IMG/VR virus record: IMGVR_UViG_3300011008_000021
Span: 36,765 to 100,764 of that record
Source: a virus
Taxonomy: Duplodnaviria; Caudoviricetes
Length of the DNA: 64,000 nt
Reading direction: 5' to 3' (one strand)
Shown piece after piece: positions 20,795 through 29,173 of this stretch. Position 1 is the first letter of the stretch, and every line of letters starts with the position of its first letter. The translations under genes and the position numbers were made by a program. Below the pieces are notes generated by a model, which saw only the letters and a list, made by a program, of their open reading frames with translations, had not been told where the DNA came from and ran no database searches.

Positions 20795-23700
20795 TCAGTC
20801 AGTAATCTCACCTGCTACAATAAGGTCTGAATTCAGAACCTTAAGATCGTACAGAGTTGACCAACCTTGTGATGTACCACCATCAGCATACTGAAGAAGC
20901 TGAGTAGGAACAATAGGCATGTAAGGTGCATACACAGCAACTGAACTCATTAAGTCGTCACCGTTAACACCAACTAAATATCTGTTTGCAGCAATTGCTG
21001 GTGAAACAAAGACCTTTAACCCATTGAGGGTACCTGCAAAATATGGACCGTTGATTGATCCAGTAGGAGCTGCGTTCCATCCATCAATAAATGTAAGGAT
21101 AGGAATAATATTAGATGCAACTACCATATAGTTAGGAGCAACATTAATCTTTAATATGATTCGCTACATCATATTGGGAATTTTTATTCCCCACTTATTT
21201 TCATAAGTGATGAGACTATATCTTCATCTTTTCGGATGTGACTTACTTCCACTTCGCTTGAAGTGTACTCCCTTTCGGGATAGTCGTTGGGGCTGAATCC
21301 CATTAGGATTCCTGCCTGCTGATTATCCAATCCTACAACTTTTTAAACCATCATATATTCATTACTGATATATTGTGGTATGTAGGCTCTAAGGATTTTC
21401 CAGCATATCAAGTCATTTATTATTCAAACATGTTTCCATGTAAGCGAGACTTGTTTACCTAATTGTAAACTTGATTTATCAATATATTTGTTATATATTA
21501 TGCTGCTAATAATAAATCAGTTAATCTCTTTGTCTTATCGTAGATAAGTTGTCTTGCAATCTCAACTATCTCAGTAAATCCTGCATAGTGATCTCTCTTG
21601 CTAACACCAACAGGAAGTGTCTTGCTCCATGCAAGTGCGGTCTGTGCAGTTCCTGCTGTTTCATCAAGTAACTGAACTACTTCTGTATCAATTTCATATG
21701 AAAGCTGTCCAACTGCCTTCTCAGCTAACTGATCTCCAAGATCAAATCCATAATCAGTCTTAGCTTGGAATGCTGCCATTTGGCTTGCGTATCTTACGTT
21801 TATATCGTTTCCATATAAACTCTATATATTACTACATAGGCGGGACTATATCATATTCTTAATTTCTTTTACCAAAACTAAGAATCCATGCACTTCGATT
21901 CCACTTAGAATCTACTCTACTTTCTTGTTCACTTATGTCTTTCTCATAAGATATGATTTCGATAGTCTCTGAACTTTACTTTCATAATAGAAAGTCTTAG
22001 CTGCTGATTGTCCTATTAGCATGGCAATTCTAATAGGAGTTTCCAGCAATTCACATGGTTTTTCATAATTTATTTCATTAAACTCAATTTGGATAAATCA
22101 CTTCATAATTTAAATTATTAAGAGTTGCATAATTTCTTTTTTGAACATCCCTTTTTGTCCAAACATCTATAATCATATTAGACCAATCTGTATTATCTTT
22201 CTTTAACTGCTCTAATAATTTTAAATCGTCTGAATTATTTTCATCAAATGGATGTCCACCATGGGATGGGTGATAATTAACTTCTATAAATTTATCTTCT
22301 GACTTAATATAAAAATCACAATCAAAAGGGTATCTCTCATCAGAATATTGTCTAACAATATCTGACTCATCATACATTTCTAATAAACACTTGTATAATT
22401 CTTCTTCAGGTTTTGACTTATTAAAAGAATTATTCTTTTTCATTGTTTCAAAATGCTGATTCCAAATATCCTTATTCTTTAAAGGATTTGTTACACCATA
22501 ATTCTTTAACAATGTCTTTGTATATTTATCTCTACTTTCAGGAACTAAATTAGGTGATTTTTGACCATATCTTTCCAACATAGTATTTTCATATTTCTGT
22601 TGAGCTTCTTCGGTCTTTTTAGAATCACTTATTTTCTTCCTTATCTCTGGACTTTGATTGTGTTCTTTATAACCATATCTTTCTAAACTTGTTTGTTGTG
22701 CTTTTTCATAATTATTATAATTAGCATCTCCATATCTATCAAGCTTAGTTTGTTTTACCTTTTCAACATTTGTTAAACTCTTTTTACCATATCGTTTCAT
22801 CATGGTTGAATTACGAGCTTCTCTAAAATGTTTCTTTTGTTCATCGGTTAAATATCTTCTACCCATATTTACTCTCCTAATAGTAAAAATATATAAATGT
22901 AGTAATCTAAAGAATTTAGGACTTCTTTAAAAACAGTTTGCAACCTGCTGTCCTACATTATAATCATATTATAACACAATTATAATGATTTGTAAATTGA
23001 GATTTAATTTATAAAATTAAGCTACAGCTTTTAAGTCTTTATAGTAGACTGCGATTCTTCTGGCCTTTGCAATTAATGGAATGCTCTTCATTTCAGCCTT
23101 AAGCATTGGAAGATCATTTTGAGGAATTACAACATTATCGTAAACATAAGCAACTTTAACAGTATCAGTAGCTCCAATAGCAGTACCAGTACCATTTGAA
23201 AGAGTTAATGTTTTTCCATCGGTTGCAACAGTAACTGATGCATCATCTGCAACAGGAACTGCAACTCCAGCAGATGTGGTTATAGAAGTAATTCTTGCTT
23301 TTGATGCTGTATCAGGTCCATTATAAACTGGGAACCAAGAAGCAGTAACAGCAGCATTGGCACCTGTGAATGATTCTACCACTCTTGCAGCAGTATAATT
23401 AGGATCAACATTTCCTAATTTAAATGGGCTGTTAAAGACATCGCCGTTAGTGGTTTCGCCCTTTGTAGACCCAGCCTGATATTCAATCAATCATGTTAAT
23501 CATAAATATTCTTAATATATAACTTTATAATTTAAATTATTTTCTTTAGCAACTCTTTGTTTTTCAACATCTCTCACTGTCCATGTTTGAATAGCATTTT
23601 GATAAAATTGAGATGTTTTAGCTTTTTCTTTCCACTCATTAAGTTGCTGAATACATTCTTCATCATCTGGATTAAATGGTTTACCACCATGTGTCCAATG

Positions 23701-26700
23701 AGCATTTAACTCTATAAATAAATCATCTTCTACAATATAGAAATCACAATAAAATGGATATCTATCCTTATCCTTGTAATTTCTTAATATTGTTTTATTA
23801 GAATAATCTTTTAATAATGATTCATATAATTCATTTTCAGGCTTAGATGTATTAAAAGAATTATTCTTTTTTCTTGTCAAATACTGTTTATTAGTTTTAA
23901 TAATGAGTCTATCTTTAGGAAGGTGTTTACCTTTTAAAGAAATGGAATTAGATTCTCCAATTCTCCTTTTATGTTCCTCAGATAAGTGTTTGCCTTTATT
24001 ATAACTCGTAGAACCATATCGTTCTATTCTTGTGTTATTGGAATGTTCGGAATAACTTCTAACACGCTTATCCGTATCCTTGGTTAAACCTTTATTCCAA
24101 ACACTGATCTCATTAGTAGAATATCTTTCTTTAAGTGTTTTACTTATTTTTTCTTTTACTTCTTTTGAAACAGATTTACCTTTATTTGAAGGACTTCTAC
24201 CAATACGTTTTTTTCTGTTTTCTTCCTTGTGTTTTTCAGAAACACCTTTTATCCACCCTTCATTTAGATATCTCTGTAATTCATTTGGATAAATTCTTTT
24301 TTCCAAATCATCCTTATGAATAACTATTCTACCTTTTTGAGTATTTGAACATTTTTCTGATTTATTCATTTGTTGAATTCTCCATAAAGAATATATAATT
24401 TAAAATTATTACATTATAAGTTATGGCTTATAATGTTTGAGGTCATATATCAGTAATATCAAATTCTTAATATTACTATTAAGTTCAGACTATATCATAT
24501 TCCTATATCGTGTTAACCTTTATAGGAATCCATGCACTTCGGATATTCCATAATATCCTACTCTACTCACTTACCATATAAAGTATTTCTCTTTATAATC
24601 CGTTTTCGATAGTCGTTGAACCTTCCTATTGATTAATCATATTATAATTAGTGAAATTCGTCAATAGGCTTGGCTTCTGATTGTCCTGCTGGCTAATACA
24701 GGATATTCCAGAAATTCACATGGTATTTTTTCATATGCATTACTGCATACGCATACTGAATTTCAATATGTGACATATCCAGACATAGAACTCATCAATT
24801 ATGTTACGAATATATCGTTTCCATATATTCTCATTATATTACTATAATGTTCAGACTATATCATTATCCTATATTCTATTACCGTTTATAGGATACCACA
24901 CATTTCGAAAATACTTATTTTCTACTCTACTCACTTACCATATAAAGTATTTCTCTTTATAATCCGCTTTCGATAGTCGTTGAACCTTCTTCTTTTTAAA
25001 GAAGCTTGGCTGCTGATTGTCCTAAATACTATGTCATATATATATAGGGTTTTCCAGCAATTAATGTGGTTTTACATATTGTTTAATTTATTTATCTATA
25101 ATAAGTCCGTTTGGATATATAATTTTAAAATTTAAATTATTGTTTCTAAAAGTTTGAAGTTTTTTTGGATCTATTTCGGTCCACCATTTATAGATATTCC
25201 AATATCTACTTCTTGGACCTTTCTGTTCAGCTTTAGATCTAATTTGTTCTGCTTCTTTTATATGTTCTTCATTATTAGGATCAAAAGGTCTTCCATTATG
25301 TTCTATTGTTCCATTTACTTCAATAAATAAATCTTCTGAAGCAATATAGATATCACAATTATATGGATAACGAACATCTCTATATGGATGAATTACATCT
25401 TCTTCACCATATTCTTGTATCAACTCATTTATTAGATCTTTTTCTACTTTTGATGAGTTGAAGCTACTATTTTTCTTTTTAGTAGAATATTCTTTTTGTT
25501 TTGCAAGTTCCCAATCTTTTACAAAACATTCATGTCCTTTTAGTTTATTGCTAGCAGACATCAAAGAAGCATTTGTTTCTTTAGTTAAGCCTTTATTCCA
25601 AGGTACATGACCCATCATGGATTGAGATTGCTTTAATTTTCTCTCTTCACTTGCAGGTATTCCTTTATTCCAAGGTTCTTTTCCTTTTCGATAAAGACTT
25701 AATTTTTTAGAAATAGTTTCTAAACTATCATTTGTATCCTTAGTTAACCCTTTGTTCCAAGAAACATAATTTCCTTTTTGTAATCTTGTTTCCTTTGTTG
25801 CTTGTCCATTAGCTTTAACTCTTTCATCTGTTTCAGCAGTTAAACCTTTATTCCAAGGATTAGATTTAAAGGTTCTTCCTGGATAAAAACCAAGCGGTAT
25901 ATCATCACCAGGTTTTAACTTGATAGTTCTAACTCCATTAGTGAAAAATTTTATTTTATCCCCTTCATAAATATCTTCTATCAACTTAAATTTAAATTTC
26001 ACAATAAATAAATTAATATATGTATCATTATATATTACTACATAATGCCCCTGAGGTTAAGGGTGAACAATTACAAGATCGTTGGCAATTAAATTCGGAA
26101 GTGCGACATTTGTTAAATTTAAACAAAATTTCTTAAACATTCCCATGTCTGCTCTCTGAGTAGCAGAAGAAGCATCAAATGCCTCGTTTAAGAAATCTTG
26201 AGTGTTCTTTAAGCAACGAGCCAGTGTAATTTTTCTATTATTATCCATCTTTTCTCCAAGATGTGATTTTCCGTAGACTGACTCAGCAATTTGAATTCTC
26301 TTTTTATCAAATATGTTACGAATTAATCGTGTCCATTAATTCTCTATATGTTTCCATATAGTTCAGACTATATCATATACCTCAATTGTTTTAACCTTTT
26401 AAGGTACCCCATCACTTCGAAAATACTATTTTCTACTCTACTTTGTTATTCATATAAGTATTTCTCTTATATTATCATTTCGATAGTCGTTGAACCTTCC
26501 GTTCAAAGAACGGCTTGGCTGCTGATTATCCCTGGCTAAAGGATTTTCCAGCAATTCAATGGGTTTTATTAAACTAATGTTTATTTATTAATAACTAAAT
26601 TTTTATATATTATTTCAAAATTTAAATTATTATCTCTAAATATTAGTTCCACATATTACTATGTGGAAGCTCAAAAAATTTAAGCTTCAACTAAATTCTG

Positions 26701-26709
26701 ATTAGCCAT
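20795..26709 (-). CDS. Major capsid protein (T4 gp23-like), six exons: 26709-26682, 26307-26060, 24795-24766, 23487-23041, 21785-21524, 21141-20795; spliced CDS 1362 nt = 453 aa
   Basis: Spliced product MANQNLVEAYKKRIQ...PNLIANDLVIVHPMSSMSGYVTYIEY...KARRIAVYYSQMAAFQAKTDYG...LSYEIDTEVV...KRFAPNYMVVAS...AVYAPY matches gp23 motifs; every junction keeps frame; downstream of prohead protease. Confidence 0.93.
21142..21523 (-). mobile_element. Group I intron 5 of capsid gene (no ORF, 382 nt)
   Basis: P ATGCTGGAA, Q AATCAGCAGG, R CAACGACTA, S AAGATATAGTCT; IGS CAA-G-TCTC pairs with exon GAGAU and TTG; ends in G. Confidence 0.9.
21786..23040 (-). mobile_element. Group I intron 4 of capsid gene (1255 nt), with endonuclease ORF; apparent terminal A
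   Basis: P AATTGCTGGAA, Q AATCAGCAGC, R TCAGAGACTA, S ATGATATAGTCC; IGS GCT-G-TAG. Confidence 0.88.
22084..22866 (-). CDS. Intron-encoded endonuclease (RYG/NYG helical repeats plus Vsr/EDxHD-like C-terminal nuclease domain)
   Basis: Repeats LERYG..NP; C-terminal SKPE...RYPFDCDFYI...FIEVN.H..HGG; AGGAG RBS. Confidence 0.8.
   Translation of the reverse strand: MGRRYLTDEQKKHFREARNSTMMKRYGKKSLTNVEKVKQTKLDRYGDANYNNYEKAQQTSLERYGYKEHNQSPEIRKKISDSKKTEEAQQKYENTMLERYGQKSPNLVPESRDKYTKTLLKNYGVTNPLKNKDIWNQHFETMKKNNSFNKSKPEEELYKCLLEMYDESDIVRQYSDERYPFDCDFYIKSEDKFIEVNYHPSHGGHPFDENNSDDLKLLEQLKKDNTDWSNMIIDVWTKRDVQKRNYATLNNLNYEVIYPN
23488..24765 (-). mobile_element. Group I intron 3 of capsid gene (1278 nt), ORF in 3' (P9) region
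   Basis: P1 CATAU/GTATG, R TCAACGACTA, S ATGATATAGTCT, ends ...ATTG. Confidence 0.9.
23512..24369 (-). CDS. Intron-encoded endonuclease (NUMOD3-type repeats plus Vsr/EDxHD-like domain)
   Basis: NKGK..S.E.K.KI repeats, WNKGLTK; RYPFYCDFYI..DDLFIELNAHWTHGG. Confidence 0.8.
   Translation of the reverse strand: MNKSEKCSNTQKGRIVIHKDDLEKRIYPNELQRYLNEGWIKGVSEKHKEENRKKRIGRSPSNKGKSVSKEVKEKISKTLKERYSTNEISVWNKGLTKDTDKRVRSYSEHSNNTRIERYGSTSYNKGKHLSEEHKRRIGESNSISLKGKHLPKDRLIIKTNKQYLTRKKNNSFNTSKPENELYESLLKDYSNKTILRNYKDKDRYPFYCDFYIVEDDLFIELNAHWTHGGKPFNPDDEECIQQLNEWKEKAKTSQFYQNAIQTWTVRDVEKQRVAKENNLNYKVIY
24796..26059 (-). mobile_element. Group I intron 2 of capsid gene (1264 nt), ORF near 5' end
   Basis: P1 CCCU/GGGG, P AATTGCTGGAA, Q AATCAGCAGCC, R TCAACGACTA, S ATGATATAGTCT, ends ...AATTG. 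Confidence 0.9.
25088..26002 (-). CDS. Intron-encoded endonuclease (WNKG repeats plus Vsr/EDxHD-like domain)
   Basis: Four (P/S)WNKG repeats; RYPYNCDIYIASEDLFIEVNG..EHNG. Confidence 0.8.
   Translation of the reverse strand: MKFKFKLIEDIYEGDKIKFFTNGVRTIKLKPGDDIPLGFYPGRTFKSNPWNKGLTAETDERVKANGQATKETRLQKGNYVSWNKGLTKDTNDSLETISKKLSLYRKGKEPWNKGIPASEERKLKQSQSMMGHVPWNKGLTKETNASLMSASNKLKGHECFVKDWELAKQKEYSTKKKNSSFNSSKVEKDLINELIQEYGEEDVIHPYRDVRYPYNCDIYIASEDLFIEVNGTIEHNGRPFDPNNEEHIKEAEQIRSKAEQKGPRSRYWNIYKWWTEIDPKKLQTFRNNNLNFKIIYPNGLIIDK
26308..26681 (-). mobile_element. Group I intron 1 of capsid gene (no ORF, 374 nt)
   Basis: P1 GAAGCTU/GAGCTTC; P GAATTGCTGGAA, Q AATCAGCAGCC, R TCAACGACTA, S ATGATATAGTCT; ends ...ATTTG. 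Confidence 0.92.
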
Positions 26710-26824
26710 TTTATATATTTAACCTCATTTTTATTTATTTAATTTTTAATGTGCGATATATAGTACAATAATATACTTCTTAAAATAAGCAAGCACACAA
26801 TGTGCTATATCAACTATGCTACAT

Positions 26825-28360
26825 TTATTTTAAACCTGCTAAAGATATTAATCCATCATCTATCTCGTCATCGAAATTACTTGCAGGAATCGGTAAATCG
26901 ATCTTAGGTGATGAAATTTTCAGTTGAGTATTTTCAGTAAGTTTTCTAAATGGTAACTTACTCATATTTAATTTATACTCTTGTAGACTTTCACAAATAG
27001 AATCTATATCACTGAAAGTATAAGAAGAAGGAAGTTTATTTTTTATCTCATTACTTGTTACACCAAGTTTCACTGCCTGAGAATCAATATATTTATCAAT
27101 TGCTCTGTTAGCAATTTTCTTATATTTCTCGACTAACTTATTAGCTGATTCTAATTTGTTGTTATACTCTGATTGTTTTAATTTAAAGTCCTTATCAAGA
27201 TCAGCTAAATTTTCATTTAAAGATTTTAATTGATCATCTTTTTCTTTTAACTCTTTTGAGTATTTTTCGCTAAGCATTTGAAATCTATTATTATTTTTAT
27301 TAATAGATTCTTTTAACGAATTTTTGGTTTCATTTACTGAATTAAGTTGCTCAGTTAATGATGAAATTTTTAAATCTTTATTTTTATTTAATTCAACTGA
27401 CTTTTGAAGTTCTTTATTTAGTTTTGTTAATTTTTCTTCTAATCCTTTAACCTTGGTAACAGATGAAGTTAAATTTGAAATTACTTTTTTATATTTAGCA
27501 ATCTCATCTTCGTGTTCTGATTCTCTTGTATAACAAGCTGATAATTTTTCTTGAAGTTTAACTATCTTGTTTTCAAGTTGTTGATTAGCATTTAATGATT
27601 CTTGAAGTTCCGATAAAATATTATCCTCGTTATTATCGACTGAAACATCTTTCTTCTCTTCATCTATGTTATCAACTAATGCATTTTCATTAGTTGGTTG
27701 CACTGATTCTTCCAGATTTATATTTAATCTTTTTAATGTACTTTCCATGATTAATCTTTCATCTGGATTAGCTTTATTTAAAGATTCTGTTAAGGCTTTT
27801 CCTAAAGTAGATTTTTCTAATCCTTCTTTAAAAGTTAATCTTGCTTTTTTAACAGCAGGAAGAATTACTAAATCGAATGCTTGAAAATCATAACTGTCTG
27901 GATCAACTTCTTCATTTCCATTTAGTCCTGTATAAGTATCTCCACTACCTCTTGATGATATTCCAAATTTATATCCGTATTTTGCTAATGTGGCTGCTAT
28001 TCGTCCATTTGGAGTATCTAATACATCCCATCTTCCATACAGTAATCCGTCGTTACCTTTTGTAGGTGGTTCAGACATACAAATTGCTACTTCAGAAGTT
28101 TTTGTTTCTTCTCTGTCTGATGGATGATCTAATTCTCCTAAAATTCCACCACATTCAAATAATTCTTTTACTATAGGATCATTAAAAACTTTCTGCCAAA
28201 GTTCTTCTGAATAGTGTCTACCATTTCTGGTTCCATCTACTATATCTGCACAAGGACCTTCGAAAGTTCCTAAAATTGTTTCACCTTTACTGTTCTGCTT
28301 TTTAGAATCATCAAATATTAAATCTTCAGTTTTTTTATTTTTTAATTCTATATTAGGCAT
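26825..28360 (-). CDS. Prohead protease (gp21-like) fused to coiled-coil scaffold
   Basis: RNGRHY, LGELDHP, LDTPNGRI, GISSRGSG, FDLV..P catalytic motifs; ~300-aa coiled-coil tail. Confidence 0.92.
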   Translation of the reverse strand: MPNIELKNKKTEDLIFDDSKKQNSKGETILGTFEGPCADIVDGTRNGRHYSEELWQKVFNDPIVKELFECGGILGELDHPSDREETKTSEVAICMSEPPTKGNDGLLYGRWDVLDTPNGRIAATLAKYGYKFGISSRGSGDTYTGLNGNEEVDPDSYDFQAFDLVILPAVKKARLTFKEGLEKSTLGKALTESLNKANPDERLIMESTLKRLNINLEESVQPTNENALVDNIDEEKKDVSVDNNEDNILSELQESLNANQQLENKIVKLQEKLSACYTRESEHEDEIAKYKKVISNLTSSVTKVKGLEEKLTKLNKELQKSVELNKNKDLKISSLTEQLNSVNETKNSLKESINKNNNRFQMLSEKYSKELKEKDDQLKSLNENLADLDKDFKLKQSEYNNKLESANKLVEKYKKIANRAIDKYIDSQAVKLGVTSNEIKNKLPSSYTFSDIDSICESLQEYKLNMSKLPFRKLTENTQLKISSPKIDLPIPASNFDDEIDDGLISLAGLK

Positions 28361-28688
28361 TTTTATTTTTATAACCTCTTTATATATGTAAAAACCTAAT
28401 AGAAAATTTTTACAGTATAATTTAGCATTTTAAAATTTATTTATTTCTTACTTTTTATTGATAATTTATTATATTTATATACCTAATATAGTTTAGGTAT
28501 ATATTTATATATCTAAAGATGTATAGCAATATTTCATATTATTATTTATATAGCTAATTTGAAATAAAACTATAATATATATCTATATTATATATAGTTT
28601 ATATATTTATATATAAACTATATTATTTATAATATCGTATTAAAAAAGTTAAGTGGTACGTATTAACTTTTTTAAGGGGTTAGATATT

Positions 28689-29141
28689 TTATCTAGATAT
28701 CTCTTCCAATGCTTTTAGATCGAGTTTAAATAAATTCAATAATTTCTGACAAGGTATTATATCACCAGTTAATGAATAATTAAGCATTACTTTTTGTATT
28801 TCTTCAAATCTCATGTGTCTTAAAAACATTGTTGAATTTTCTACATTTTTATTATACAATAAAATTTGAAGATTTAAACTTGCGATACATGTTAATACTT
28901 CTTTTGGTTCTAGATTTCCTCTTACTATATTAATATATAAATTAGATCTGTGATCGTTATAAGATTTTCTTATTTTCTCATAGAATAATCTAGCATCAAG
29001 AGTTTTGTTATCATTTATAAATTTTAAAATTTCTAATGTTGGCTCTTTTATTCTTATTAATTTTTTTGTTATCTCAGAAGTATCAATTTCTTGCTCTTTT
29101 AATTCATTTAATAATATTAAACAATCACTCTTAGTTATCAT
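28689..29141 (-). CDS. Hypothetical protein between portal and protease
   Basis: 150-aa ORF with AAAGGA RBS. Confidence 0.6.
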   Translation of the reverse strand: MITKSDCLILLNELKEQEIDTSEITKKLIRIKEPTLEILKFINDNKTLDARLFYEKIRKSYNDHRSNLYINIVRGNLEPKEVLTCIASLNLQILLYNKNVENSTMFLRHMRFEEIQKVMLNYSLTGDIIPCQKLLNLFKLDLKALEEISR

Positions 29142-29173
29142 ATTATTCCTTTCCGATATAATCAGATAAGTTA

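Noticed and set aside
20795-26248. ORF-track entries 20795..21127, 21498..21779, 23017..23490 and 26057..26248 as separate genes or a capsid pseudogene
   Set aside because: They are exons of one capsid gene; the intervening sequences have complete group I cores and splicing restores the frame.
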